Source: an uncultured Gammaproteobacteria bacterium
GTDB taxonomy: Bacteria > Patescibacteriota > Patescibacteriia > Patescibacteriales > UBA12465
Direction of reading: 5' to 3'
Length of the DNA stretch: 64,000 bases
Assembly: GCA_964408775.1 (NCBI GenBank)
Contig: CAYPAP010000002.1
Location: forward strand, 1,109-65,108
Shown: positions 43,483 to 53,330 of the stretch, one piece after another
How the letters are laid out: each line of letters starts with the position of its first letter
Numbering within the stretch: position 1 is the first letter of the stretch
Translations under genes and position numbers: made by a program
Notes under the pieces: model-generated
What the model was told of the DNA's origin: nothing
Databases searched by the model: none
The model's input: the letters and a program-made list of their open reading frames with translations, nothing else

Positions 43483-44619
43483 ATGTTTATAACTATAATA
43501 ATATTTCTCCTCGTTCTATCTTTATTGGTGTTCGTGCATGAGTTCGGACACTTTTTTGCTGCTAGACGCCTAGGTGTTCGAGCCGAGGAGTTTGGTTTTG
43601 GTTTTCCGCCCAGATTATTTGGAGTTTACAAAAATACTAATGGCAAGTGGAAGTTTGTTTGGGGCAGAAAAAAAATCACTGACAGTAAGGATACGATTTA
43701 TTCTATTAATGCTGTTCCTTTAGGGGGATTTGTTAAAATAAAAGGTCAGGATGGAGAAGAAAAGGATGATAAGGATAGTTTTGCTTCTAAAAAACCTTGG
43801 AAAAGAGCTGTTATTTTATCAGCTGGAGTTTTTATGAATATTGTTTTAGCCGCAATCCTTATTTCCATTGGTCTGATGATAGGGTTCCCTCAATCTGTCG
43901 CTAGGGATAGTATGCCCAAGTCAGCAATTATCAGCGATGAAAAAGTTCAGATAGTAGAGGTTTTATCCGATTCACCGGCTTACGAGGCAGGGCTGAAACC
44001 AGCCGATATTTTTGTTAGTGTTGATAATAATCCAGTCGTTAACGACGATGATGTCCAAAAGTTTATTAATGATTCCGAGAACGAAGAGGTCGGTTTAGTT
44101 ATTAGTCGTTTTGGTGAGGTTCAGGAACTAACAATTGTTCCTACTTGGGATGAGGAAAGAGATAGGAAAATAATAGGAGTAGCTATTTCTCAAACAGCTG
44201 TGGTTAAATATCCTTGGTATACTGCTTTATGGGAGGGAATTAAAATGACGGGTTATCTTTTGTGGGCTATTATTTACGCTTTTTATGAAATAATTAGGAA
44301 TCTAATAATTAGTCAGCCCATAAATGCCGAAGTGGCTGGTCCTATTGGAATCGCTGATTTAACTGGACAAATGGCCCGAATGGGTATAATATACTTACTT
44401 CAGTTTACTGCCTTGCTTTCTTTGAATTTGGCAGTTATTAATTTTTTACCATTTCCAGCCTTGGATGGTGGGCGCTTAGTATTCTTGTTAATTGAAAAAA
44501 TAAAGGGAAGACCAGTCAAGCAAGAGGTCGAAGCTATTTTTCATAACTTAGGTTTCGCTTTATTGATGCTTTTGGTGGTTTGGGTAACCTTTAAAGATGT
44601 CTTGAAATTGTTTAATTAA
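43483..44619 (+). CDS. rseP: Site-2 (M50) intramembrane zinc metalloprotease RseP-like with PDZ domain
   Basis: HEFGHFFAAR (HExxH) at the N-terminus, a central PDZ domain (VLSDSPAYEAGLKPADI) and the C-terminal NFLPFPALDGG motif. Confidence 0.85.
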   Translation: MFITIIIFLLVLSLLVFVHEFGHFFAARRLGVRAEEFGFGFPPRLFGVYKNTNGKWKFVWGRKKITDSKDTIYSINAVPLGGFVKIKGQDGEEKDDKDSFASKKPWKRAVILSAGVFMNIVLAAILISIGLMIGFPQSVARDSMPKSAIISDEKVQIVEVLSDSPAYEAGLKPADIFVSVDNNPVVNDDDVQKFINDSENEEVGLVISRFGEVQELTIVPTWDEERDRKIIGVAISQTAVVKYPWYTALWEGIKMTGYLLWAIIYAFYEIIRNLIISQPINAEVAGPIGIADLTGQMARMGIIYLLQFTALLSLNLAVINFLPFPALDGGRLVFLLIEKIKGRPVKQEVEAIFHNLGFALLMLLVVWVTFKDVLKLFN

Positions 44620-44709
44620 ATTTTATATAAATATTTTAATAATTAATTATAAATTTATTTTAAAGATTATATAAAATAAATATAATTTTAAGATAAATTA
44701 TTAAAGAAT

Positions 44710-45036
44710 ATGGACATCAGAATCAAAACCAGTAAAGTCGAATTAACTACTGATATTAAAGATTATGTGGAAAAGAAAATGGGGATGTTAAAAAAATATT
44801 TAGGTGATATAGAGGTAACTAATTGTGATGTGGAACTAGAGCATGCTCTTTCCACTCAAAATCAGGGTAAGACTTACAGGGCTGAAGTAAATTTGGCTGT
44901 TCCTGGAACAGTTTTGCGAGTAGAGAGAACTGAAAAAACATTAAACAAGGCAATAGATAAAGTTAAAGATCATTTAGTTTTAATTATCAAGAAGTATAAA
45001 GAGAAAAAAATTGATAAAAAAAGGGGTAAAAATTAA
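44710..45036 (+). CDS. hpf: Ribosome hibernation promoting factor (short HPF/RaiA type)
   Basis: 108 aa with the S30AE family pattern (MDIRIKTSKVELTTDIKDYVEKKMGML...AEVNLAVPG...). Confidence 0.85.
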   Translation: MDIRIKTSKVELTTDIKDYVEKKMGMLKKYLGDIEVTNCDVELEHALSTQNQGKTYRAEVNLAVPGTVLRVERTEKTLNKAIDKVKDHLVLIIKKYKEKKIDKKRGKN

Positions 45037-45048
45037 TTACATAAATAT

Positions 45049-47802
45049 ATGGGTTTTTGGGATAAGATTTTCGGCGATCCGAATTTAAAAATTGTTAAAA
45101 AAATTCAACCATTAGTTGATAAAATAAATTCTCTAGAAGAAGAGTACAAGAAAAAGAGTGACGAAGAGTTGCGCTTGATGACTTTAGATTTTAAAAAAAG
45201 GTTAGGGTCCCTACCAGGCGAAGAAAAGGAATACAGTTTCGAGGAACAACAGGAATTATTGAACGAAATTTTGCCTGAGGCTTTTGCTAATATCAGAGAG
45301 GCTTCTCGCCGAGTTTTGGGTCAACGTCATTATGACGTTCAGCTCATTGGTGGTATCGTTTTGCATCGTGGTCAAATTGCTGAAATGAAAACTGGTGAAG
45401 GTAAAACTTTAGTGGCTACTTTACCGTTGTATTTAAATGCTTTATTGGGTAAAGGGGTTCATTTAGTAACTGTTAATGATTATTTGTCTCGAGTTGGTGC
45501 CGGTTGGATGGCTCCGGTTTATCATTTTTTGGGACTTTCCACTGGTGTTATCGTTCATAATGCAGCCTTTACTTATGATCCGGAAACAGATAACGAGGCT
45601 GAATATGATCCTCGTTTAAAGCCTTTTAAAGCCGTTAGCCGCAGAGAGGCTTATGTTTGTGATATAACTTATGGAACTAATAACGAATTTGGTTTTGATT
45701 ATTTGCGTGATAATATGGTTTCTGATTTAACCCAGATGGTGCAACGCGATTTCTATTATTCCATTGTGGATGAAGTCGACTCTATTTTGATTGATGAGGC
45801 CCGAACCCCCCTTATTATCTCAGCTCCAGCTGAAGAGTCTGGTGATAGATATTCTCAATTTGCCCAATACGTTCGTCAGCTAAAAGAAAATGAAGACTAT
45901 AATGTCGATGAGAAAATGAGAGCCGCTACTTTAACTGAAAATGGAATTGCTAAAATGGAAAAACTTTTAGGTGTAGAAAATATTTATGTAGCTGGTGGAG
46001 TTAAGGATGTTTTAAATATTGAGCAAGCTCTAAAAGCTCATGTTTTATTTAAAAAAGACAAGGACTATGTTGTTAAGGAGGGTGAGATTATTATTGTTGA
46101 TGAATTTACTGGCCGAATGATGCCTGGTCGTCGCTATAGTGAGGGGCTTCATCAAGCGATTGAAGCCAAAGAAGGGGTAATGGTTCAGCGCGAATCTCAA
46201 ACCTTAGCCACAGTTACTTTTCAGAATTATTTTAGAATGTATCCCAAGTTAGCTGGTATGACTGGAACAGCGGTGACTGAAGCCGAGGAATTTTTCAAGA
46301 TTTACAAATTAGAAACCATTGTTATACCAACTAACAAACCTAATATTCGACAAGATTCTAGTGATTTAATTTATAGAAATAGGGAAGGTAAATTTAAGGC
46401 AGTTATCAGAGATGTTAAAGAGCGCCATGAAAAAGGTCAGCCTATTCTTATTGGAACAGTGTCCATTGAGGATAATGAGGTTTTAGGTGAAATGATGGAG
46501 CGCGAGGGTCTTCAACCTAATATTTTAAATGCCAAGAATCACTTTAGAGAAGCTGAAATTATTGCTCAGGCTGGTAGAGCTGGTTCTATTACTGTAGCCA
46601 CTAATATGGCTGGTCGTGGAGTTGATATTATTTTAGGTGGAAATCCGGCTGTCAAAGAAGAGCAGGACAAAGTTTTAGGCTTGGGCGGTTTGCACGTTAT
46701 TGGAACCGAGCGACACGAATCTCGTCGTATTGATAATCAGTTGAGAGGTCGTGCTGGTCGTCAGGGAGATCCTGGTTCTTCCCAGTTTTATATTTCAGCC
46801 GAAGATGATTTGATGCGTATTTTTGGAGGTGATAGATTGAAAAATATTATGAATGTAATGAAAATTCCGGAAGATATGCCGATTCAAAATAAGATAGTTT
46901 CCAATTCTATAGAATCAGCTCAGAGAAGGGTAGAGGGTAATAATTTTGACATGCGTAAACACGTGGTTGAATATGATGATGTTATTAACAAGCATCGTGA
47001 GGCAATTTACAAAAAACGTCGAGAAATCTTAGATGTTTATAATAAGCAGAAAGAGGGGGCTGAGGTTGATGGTAGGCTTTTATCAGATATTATTATGGAG
47101 TATGTTGAAGACGAGGTTGTTCAAATTGCTACTTTTCATACGGCCTCAGAAAATGTAGCTGACTGGAATTTACAGGAAGTTTATGAGAGTGTTAAAACTA
47201 TTTATAGTTTAAGTGATGAAGATAAGGACAAGATTTTAAATATTGCTAAAAAAGATGGTGATAAAAATGATTTTAGAAATGAATTATTGGATTATTTAAA
47301 ATCATTAGCTCGTAAAAATTATCAAGCTATGCGCGAGGGGTTTGATGGTCTGGATATTAATTTTATTGAAATAGAAAAGGGAATTTTGATTCGTTCTATT
47401 GATAATTTATGGATAGAGCATTTGGAAACTATTGATTATTTGCGTCGAGGAATTGGTCTGCGCGGTTATGGCCAGCGTGATCCGTTAGTAGAATACAAGA
47501 AAGAGGCTTATCATATGTACCAAGATTTATTGGGGCTTATTCAAAGGCAGGTGGTTTATTCGATTTACAAAACCGGCGATGTCTCTAATTTTATTGCTCC
47601 TAGTATTATTGAGAGGGCTAAAAAATATTCAGCTCCGCTGAAGGAGATGGCTAAAAGAGCCGGAGATGGCACTATTAACACTTCTGGGACTATAGATATG
47701 GCTAGGGATAAGGTGAAGGATGAGGCTGGTAATAAGGTTGGTAGAAATGATTTATGTCCGTGCGGTAGTGGTAAGAAGTATAAGAAGTGTTGTGGTAAAT
47801 AA
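45049..47802 (+). CDS. secA: Preprotein translocase ATPase SecA
   Basis: MKTGEGKTLVATLP (Walker A), DEVDSILIDEARTPLIIS, TNMAGRGVDI and the C-terminal zinc motif CPCGSGKKYKKCCG. Confidence 0.97.
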   Translation: MGFWDKIFGDPNLKIVKKIQPLVDKINSLEEEYKKKSDEELRLMTLDFKKRLGSLPGEEKEYSFEEQQELLNEILPEAFANIREASRRVLGQRHYDVQLIGGIVLHRGQIAEMKTGEGKTLVATLPLYLNALLGKGVHLVTVNDYLSRVGAGWMAPVYHFLGLSTGVIVHNAAFTYDPETDNEAEYDPRLKPFKAVSRREAYVCDITYGTNNEFGFDYLRDNMVSDLTQMVQRDFYYSIVDEVDSILIDEARTPLIISAPAEESGDRYSQFAQYVRQLKENEDYNVDEKMRAATLTENGIAKMEKLLGVENIYVAGGVKDVLNIEQALKAHVLFKKDKDYVVKEGEIIIVDEFTGRMMPGRRYSEGLHQAIEAKEGVMVQRESQTLATVTFQNYFRMYPKLAGMTGTAVTEAEEFFKIYKLETIVIPTNKPNIRQDSSDLIYRNREGKFKAVIRDVKERHEKGQPILIGTVSIEDNEVLGEMMEREGLQPNILNAKNHFREAEIIAQAGRAGSITVATNMAGRGVDIILGGNPAVKEEQDKVLGLGGLHVIGTERHESRRIDNQLRGRAGRQGDPGSSQFYISAEDDLMRIFGGDRLKNIMNVMKIPEDMPIQNKIVSNSIESAQRRVEGNNFDMRKHVVEYDDVINKHREAIYKKRREILDVYNKQKEGAEVDGRLLSDIIMEYVEDEVVQIATFHTASENVADWNLQEVYESVKTIYSLSDEDKDKILNIAKKDGDKNDFRNELLDYLKSLARKNYQAMREGFDGLDINFIEIEKGILIRSIDNLWIEHLETIDYLRRGIGLRGYGQRDPLVEYKKEAYHMYQDLLGLIQRQVVYSIYKTGDVSNFIAPSIIERAKKYSAPLKEMAKRAGDGTINTSGTIDMARDKVKDEAGNKVGRNDLCPCGSGKKYKKCCGK

Positions 47803-47803
47803 T

Positions 47804-48433
47804 ATGAAGATAATATTAGCATCAAAGGAAAAATTTTTACTAGAAAAAGCTTATTCTTTATTAGGTATCCCGAGGGAAGAATTAAAGATAGGCTTTATTA
47901 ATACCGCCTTGCAAGTTGTTATGGACCAGGAATATCTTAAATATATGAATGAATATTTTTCTGCCATGGCTCTTTCGGGAATAGATTTTAAACAATTTGA
48001 TATTTCAAGAAAAACAGAAACTGAAATTTTGGATTTTTTTTCTGATAGAAATGTTGTTCAGGTTTCAGGTGGTAATCCTTTTTATCTTTTAAAAAATATT
48101 AGGGAGGTGGGCTTTGATTTAATTTTAAAAAACCTTTTAGAAGCAGGATTGTCCTATGTCGGTTGTAGCAGTGGCTCTTATATCATGTGTCCCACTATTG
48201 AGGTTGGTGGCTGGAAAGTGGACAGGGATAGACATGGTGTTACCGATATGACCGCCTTAAATTATGTTCCCTTCTTGATAAAATGTCATTTTACCGATGA
48301 TTCTAAGGAGGGGGTAATTGAAAAAGCCAAGACCTTAAAATATCCATTAAAAGTTCTGCGGGACGATCAGTGTTTTTATATTAATGATGGTAATATTAGC
48401 TTTTTTGGAGATAGCGAAGAAGTTTGGCTATAA
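47804..48433 (+). CDS. Peptidase S51 (dipeptidase E)-like protein
   Basis: Start moved to ATG 47804, 2 nt after the secA stop. VSGGNPFYLLKNI and the nucleophile-elbow-like VGCSSGSYIMCP are present. Confidence 0.6.
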   Translation: MKIILASKEKFLLEKAYSLLGIPREELKIGFINTALQVVMDQEYLKYMNEYFSAMALSGIDFKQFDISRKTETEILDFFSDRNVVQVSGGNPFYLLKNIREVGFDLILKNLLEAGLSYVGCSSGSYIMCPTIEVGGWKVDRDRHGVTDMTALNYVPFLIKCHFTDDSKEGVIEKAKTLKYPLKVLRDDQCFYINDGNISFFGDSEEVWL

Positions 48434-48562
48434 AGAAACTAAGTCCGTGACATTTTGTCACGAATTGAAAATGTAGCTATTAGGTTTTCAGTCGTCCCCA
48501 AATTGGGGACACTTGAAAGGGTGGGGGCAAATTGCCACCCCCCTTCAAACAATAAAAAAACT

Positions 48563-49174
48563 ATGTCCACAGGGAAAATAATAGTAATAACCGGCGGTCC
48601 GCGCAGTGGGAAAAGCACCTTGGTCCGCTTATTAACTGAAAAATACCAGGGAATTGCCTATTCTGAGCAAGAAAAGTTCCCCGAGCGCATTTCTCAGAGT
48701 ATTCAGGCTGGTGGAAACAGCATGGAGCTTAGGGTTTGGTTTCGCAATCACTATATCGGCCAATATATAGACGCTATGGAACAGAAAAAGGCCGGTAAAT
48801 ATTGTTTTTTAGACGGTTTTTGGCTTACCAGTCAACCGTACATTGAAGCCTGGATGAAGGACGAATTTGAACGAGAAATATCTACTACTATGCTTAATCT
48901 AGACAAAAAAATCCTTCCTTGGCCCGATAATATTTTGGTTTTACAAAACACCAAAGAGAGAATTAAAAAGTTTTCCCAGGATGGCGGACGAGATTTTGAA
49001 GATTCTGAATTTTTTTTAGGTAAACAATTGGAAGTTCATGAATGTCATGATACTTTTTTTGAGAAATTAAGCAAAATTTATGACAATATTTCTTTCTTAA
49101 ATAGGGGGGAGCTAGATTTTAAAAATAATCCGGAAGATTTGGAGAGGGTGGAAAAAATTTTAAATTTATGTTAA
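48563..49174 (+). CDS. P-loop NTPase / nucleoside(-tide) kinase-like protein
   Basis: Start moved to ATG 48563, because the upstream part of the tracked ORF covers a hairpin-rich GC segment. Walker A: IIVITGGPRSGKSTLVRLL. Confidence 0.5.
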   Translation: MSTGKIIVITGGPRSGKSTLVRLLTEKYQGIAYSEQEKFPERISQSIQAGGNSMELRVWFRNHYIGQYIDAMEQKKAGKYCFLDGFWLTSQPYIEAWMKDEFEREISTTMLNLDKKILPWPDNILVLQNTKERIKKFSQDGGRDFEDSEFFLGKQLEVHECHDTFFEKLSKIYDNISFLNRGELDFKNNPEDLERVEKILNLC

Positions 49175-49233
49175 AATGCAAATGAAAAAAAATATAAAGT
49201 TAATTTAAAAATTATAAAATTAATTTAAAAAAT

Positions 49234-49716
49234 ATGGAACAAAGAAAAAAACTTTATCGCTCACGCGAAGATCGCATTATTTTAGGGGTTTGTGGCGGTT
49301 TAGCCGATTATTTTGTAATCGACCCCTTGGTGGTTCGTCTTGTTTTTATTGCCCTATTTTTTGGTGGTGGTTCAGGTTTGCTGGTTTATATTATCATCGC
49401 CATATTAGTTCCCTCAGAGGGGGATGATAGTGGTAAAAAAAAAGATAATTTTGATCCCAACAAAAAAGAATCTAAGGCAGATAAGGCCGATGAGTTTGTC
49501 GAGGAGGTTGGTTCTCGCATTAAGAGCCTAGGAAGTGAGGTCCAAGTTAGCGACTGGCGCTTTATCATTGGCTTGATTTTAGTTGTTATTGGCTTCTCTT
49601 CCTTTTTTTCTAACTTTGCCCCATTTTCCTTTATTTGGGATAATTTTTGGCCATTATTTTTAGTGGTTATTGGCTTGATTATTTTGTTTAATAAAAATGC
49701 GATTAATAAAAAATAA
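49234..49716 (+). CDS. PspC domain membrane protein
   Basis: LYRSREDRIILGVCGGLADYFVIDPLVVRLVFI is the PspC N-terminal domain. TM helices follow. Confidence 0.75.
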   Translation: MEQRKKLYRSREDRIILGVCGGLADYFVIDPLVVRLVFIALFFGGGSGLLVYIIIAILVPSEGDDSGKKKDNFDPNKKESKADKADEFVEEVGSRIKSLGSEVQVSDWRFIIGLILVVIGFSSFFSNFAPFSFIWDNFWPLFLVVIGLIILFNKNAINKK

Positions 49717-49753
49717 CTTTATTATAAAAATATTATAATTAATTTTAAAAAAT

Positions 49754-50431
49754 ATGAATAATAATAATGAAAAAATAAAAGAAGAAAAAACAGAAGAAAA
49801 GGTATTTGAGGGTGTGATTGAAGATATGGGTCAAGAAGAAAAAAATAAGCATGACAAGGAGGAGAAGAAAGACAATAAAAACAACAGCGAGACTCGTGGT
49901 AAGTCTTACCGCTTCCAAAGTTCTTGTTGTTCTAGGTCTTCCTCTGGAGGTGGATCTATCTTTGGTTTATTTATTTTGTTTTTAGGTCTTTTTTATTTAG
50001 GAAAAAATTTAAATTGGTGGAATTATCAGCTTGATTGGACTGTAATTTGGCCAGTAATAATTATTTTTGTAGGCCTATCTATTATGGGCGGTAAAAAAAT
50101 AGTTAATTGGCTTATAGGTGTGGTTTTATTCTTTGCTATTATTTTCCTGTTGATTTCTATGATTGCTGGTCAAAAATATAGTTATAACAAAAATATTTCG
50201 GTTAATCCGGCCAATGAGTCAGCTAATTTTTTTACTAATTATTCTTTTAAGAAATACGAGTTAGTTAAAGACAAGGAAAGTCGTTTTTTCTCGGGATATA
50301 TGAGCAGGGAAGAAGTGGAGAGAGATGTGGCCGAGGTTCTAGATTTTATATACCAAAAAGCTGATGATGATTCTGGCAAGTTGGATATTGAGGTTGATAT
50401 TAAGAGGTTGATCAGGCAGGAGGTGGAGTAA
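49754..50431 (+). CDS. Membrane protein (LiaF/DUF5668-like TM region), function unknown
   Basis: K/E-rich N-terminus, then GGGSIFGLFILFLGLFYLGKNLNWW-type helices. It is adjacent to the PspC gene. Confidence 0.4.
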   Translation: MNNNNEKIKEEKTEEKVFEGVIEDMGQEEKNKHDKEEKKDNKNNSETRGKSYRFQSSCCSRSSSGGGSIFGLFILFLGLFYLGKNLNWWNYQLDWTVIWPVIIIFVGLSIMGGKKIVNWLIGVVLFFAIIFLLISMIAGQKYSYNKNISVNPANESANFFTNYSFKKYELVKDKESRFFSGYMSREEVERDVAEVLDFIYQKADDDSGKLDIEVDIKRLIRQEVE

Positions 50432-50432
50432 A

Positions 50433-50492
50433 ATTAGACTAATAATTAGACTAATAATTAATTTGAAAATTAGACTAATAATTAGACTTATC
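50433..50492 (+). repeat. Five-unit 12-nt tandem array (ATTAGACTAATA type)
   Basis: Units: ATTAGACTAATA, ATTAGACTAATA, ATTAATTTGAAA, ATTAGACTAATA, ATTAGACTTATC. The array starts 2 nt after the stop of the preceding gene. Confidence 0.8.
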
Positions 50493-50670
50493 AATGTCTT
50501 AAAATTGGCTAGTATTAGATGATTTTATTGTTTATAGTATTTTTTTTATTGTAATTTTCTGCCCAGTTAATTTTATAAATTATTTAGTTAAATAAAAGAT
50601 AATTATTAATTAATATTAACTTTAATTTATTTAAAATATAATTTTAATGATTTAAAGTGAATAGAACAAT

Positions 50671-50814
50671 ATGGAAGAAGAAAAGAAAGTTGTTGGCAAT
50701 CCTTGTAAGGAATGCGCTGATGGCTGTGATTGTTTGCCGGAGTGTGATTGCACCCCTGAATGTAAGTGCGGGGAAGATGAGGCCGATGATTGTGGCTGTG
50801 GTTGTGTCTGCTAG
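50671..50814 (+). CDS. Unannotated 47-aa cysteine-rich peptide (metallothionein-like or precursor peptide)
   Basis: My own translation is MEEEKKVVGNPCKECADGCDCLPECDCTPECKCGEDEADDCGCGCVC, with 14 Cys in 47 residues. It is GC-enriched relative to its AT-rich flanks and is followed by a strong terminator. It is below the ORF-track length cutoff. Confidence 0.5.
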   Translation: MEEEKKVVGNPCKECADGCDCLPECDCTPECKCGEDEADDCGCGCVC

Positions 50815-50826
50815 GCTAGTTTATTA

Positions 50827-50860
50827 GGGGTTGGGTCTTAGGACTTAGCCCCTTTTTTTA
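50827..50860 (+). terminator. Rho-independent terminator after the Cys-rich small ORF
   Basis: An 11-bp stem GGGGTTGGGTC / GGACTTAGCCCC region (with G-U pairs) followed by T7. Confidence 0.6.
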
Positions 50861-50882
50861 TATGTATTTTCACTCCTGGGGC

Positions 50883-50911
50883 TTGGATTATTTGGGTAAA
50901 AGATGTATAAT
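50883..50911 (+). promoter_or_regulatory. Sigma-70 promoter candidate for the glycan locus
   Basis: TTGGAT (50883-88), a 17-nt spacer ending in TG, then TATAAT (50906-11). An AGTGAG/CTCACT hairpin follows in the leader. Confidence 0.45.
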
Positions 50912-51060
50912 ATGAACTGAAAGTGAGGTTTAAACTCACTATTGGTTTGTATTTTAAAGTTTTAACGATTATAATTATAGGATGATTAATAGATTTTTTG
51001 ATACTATAGAAAAGGTGTTTATTTGTATATAAAAAATAAAATTAATTTTAAGTAATTTAT

Positions 51061-51993
51061 ATGAAAATTTTAGTTACAGGTGGTGCCGGTTTTGTTGGTT
51101 CTCATCTTTGCAAAAAACTTTTAGAGACAGGAAACGAAGTTATTTGTCTTGATAATTTACAGACTTGTGGCAAAGAAAACATTGATGGTTTGCTTAGTAA
51201 TCCTAAGTTTACTTTTGTTTTGCATGACGTAACAACGCCTTTTTGGACTAGGGTTGATGAGATTTATAATTTAGCTTGTCCAGCTTCGCCAATACACTAT
51301 CAATTTAATCCAGTCAAAACCATTAAAACAGCTGTTATTGGGGCTATTAACATTCTTGAATTAGCTAAGGATAATAATGCAAAAATTCTTCAATCTTCAA
51401 CTTCAGAGGTTTATGGCGATCCGAACATTCATCCTCAACCTGAGAGTTACTGGGGGAATGTTAATCCAATTGGAATTCGTTCTTGTTATGATGAGGGGAA
51501 GCGATGTGCCGAAACTTTATTTTTTGATTATTATCGTCAGTTTAAAACAAGAATTAGGGTGGTAAGAATTTTTAATACTTATGGACCAAATATGGCAGAA
51601 AATGACGGAAGAGTGGTTTCTAATTTTATTCTTCAAGCTTTAAAAAATAAGGATATAACTATTTTTGGTGATGGCAATCAAACAAGATCCTTTCAGTATG
51701 TTGACGATTTAATTAATGGAATGACAAATATGATGAATAATAATAGTGAATTTCCTGGACCGGTTAATATTGGAAATCCTGAAGAATTTTCAATGAAAGA
51801 GTTGGCAGAATTAATTTTAAAATTAATTCCAGAAAGTCAAAGTAAAATTGTTTATCAAAATTTACCACAAGATGATCCACGGCAGAGAAAGCCGGAAATT
51901 GCCTTAGCTAAGGAGAAACTTAATTGGGAGCCAAAAATAAAACTAGAGGAGGGGCTAATAAAAACTATTGAGTATTTTAAATCAATTATATAG
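51061..51993 (+). CDS. UDP-glucuronate decarboxylase (UDP-xylose synthase)-type SDR
   Basis: [38 protein letters not shown] and RIFNTYGP are characteristic of the UXS/ArnA-C family. Confidence 0.85.
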   Translation: MKILVTGGAGFVGSHLCKKLLETGNEVICLDNLQTCGKENIDGLLSNPKFTFVLHDVTTPFWTRVDEIYNLACPASPIHYQFNPVKTIKTAVIGAINILELAKDNNAKILQSSTSEVYGDPNIHPQPESYWGNVNPIGIRSCYDEGKRCAETLFFDYYRQFKTRIRVVRIFNTYGPNMAENDGRVVSNFILQALKNKDITIFGDGNQTRSFQYVDDLINGMTNMMNNNSEFPGPVNIGNPEEFSMKELAELILKLIPESQSKIVYQNLPQDDPRQRKPEIALAKEKLNWEPKIKLEEGLIKTIEYFKSII

Positions 51994-52010
51994 CCGCAAA
52001 AAATAACAAG

Positions 52011-53330
52011 ATGTTTGATACAATTTTAAATAAAATTAATAGCCTTATGCCCGTTAAATGGCGTTGGATTTTGGGACACGAAGGTTTTAAGAGGTATCTC
52101 GCTAATACTGGCTGGATGTTTATTGGACAGATGTTCGGACTACTACTGTCTTTTTTTATTGGAGTTTGGGTGGTGCGCTATTTGGGTCCGGAGAATTATG
52201 GGGTTTTGAGTTATGCTCTGGCCTTTACTACCATTTTTAGTTTTATCTCTAATCTAGGAGTGGACAATATTTTGAGTAGGGAATTGGTTAAATTTCCGGA
52301 GAAAAGGGATGAGTTGATGGGCACAGCTTTTAGGTTAAAATTGATTGGAGGTATAATAGCCTTTATTGTAACTATTGGTGCTATTTTCTTAATCAAAACT
52401 AGTCCAGCTATTAAATTTTTAGTAATAATTCATTCTTTCGTTTTTTTGTTTTATTCAATTAATGTTATTGGGTCTTTTTTTCAATCTCGAGTTGAAGCCA
52501 GAAAAAATGTTAAAGCTCAGATTCTATCCTCTTCCATTTCTTCTATTTTAAAGATAATCATGATATTATCGGGACTAGGAGTTATTTGGTTGATGTTGAT
52601 TTATATGTTAGACGCTCTGTGGTTGGCTGTTATCCTAATTTTTTCTTATCGTCGCTCTGGTTTTAAAATTAGGACCTGGAGGTTTAATAAGGTTCTGGCT
52701 CGCCAAATATTTTCTAGTTCCTGGATTCTAATGCTAACTACGGCTTCAATTTTGGTTTATTTAAAAATAGATCAAGTTATAATTAAACAGATCTTAGATG
52801 AAACAGCAGTTGGTTTATATTCGGCGGCTATTAAGTTGTCCGAGGTTTGGTATTTTATTCCGGGAATTATTTGTGGATCACTTTTTCCGGCTATTATTAA
52901 TTCTAAAAAAACCAATCAAGCCTCTTATTTTAATAGATTAAAAAAACTTTCTGGTCTGATGTTTTTTATTGGCCTAGTAATTGCTGTTCTGGTTTCACTT
53001 TTAGCTCGCCCTATAATTTTAGTATTATTTGGTAATGAGTATTTGGAGTCAATTTCAGTTTTACGTATTTATGCTTGGTCGATTATTGGGGTTTTCTTGG
53101 GTTCGGTGTCGGCTAATTATTTGATAGCTGAAAATTATGTCAAAATATATTTTTGGGTGTCACTTATGGGAGCCGTTACTAATGTCTTGTTAAATTTATG
53201 GTTAATTCCTATAATGGGAATAGATGGTGCTGCTATAGCAACCGTGATCTCCTATAGTTTAGTTGTATTAGGATTGTTGTTTTTTAGGAATAGCAGAAAA
53301 GATTTATTTTTAATTTTTAGTAGTAAATGA
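52011..53330 (+). CDS. Wzx-type polysaccharide flippase (MOP superfamily)
   Basis: 439 aa with about 12-14 hydrophobic segments, located in the glycan cluster. Confidence 0.75.
   Translation: MFDTILNKINSLMPVKWRWILGHEGFKRYLANTGWMFIGQMFGLLLSFFIGVWVVRYLGPENYGVLSYALAFTTIFSFISNLGVDNILSRELVKFPEKRDELMGTAFRLKLIGGIIAFIVTIGAIFLIKTSPAIKFLVIIHSFVFLFYSINVIGSFFQSRVEARKNVKAQILSSSISSILKIIMILSGLGVIWLMLIYMLDALWLAVILIFSYRRSGFKIRTWRFNKVLARQIFSSSWILMLTTASILVYLKIDQVIIKQILDETAVGLYSAAIKLSEVWYFIPGIICGSLFPAIINSKKTNQASYFNRLKKLSGLMFFIGLVIAVLVSLLARPIILVLFGNEYLESISVLRIYAWSIIGVFLGSVSANYLIAENYVKIYFWVSLMGAVTNVLLNLWLIPIMGIDGAAIATVISYSLVVLGLLFFRNSRKDLFLIFSSK

Noticed and set aside
47720-48562. Tracked starts at 47720 (inside secA) and 48455 (inside the hairpin region)
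   Set aside because: 47720-47803 overlaps the secA C-terminus in another frame, and ATG 47804 follows the secA stop directly. 48455-48562 covers GC-rich hairpins and uses a non-ATG start, while the Walker A motif begins right after Met at 48563.
50433-50492. The tandem array considered as a CRISPR array or type III toxin-antitoxin RNA repeat
   Set aside because: The units are only 12 nt with no spacers. No cas genes and no downstream toxin-like gene are present.
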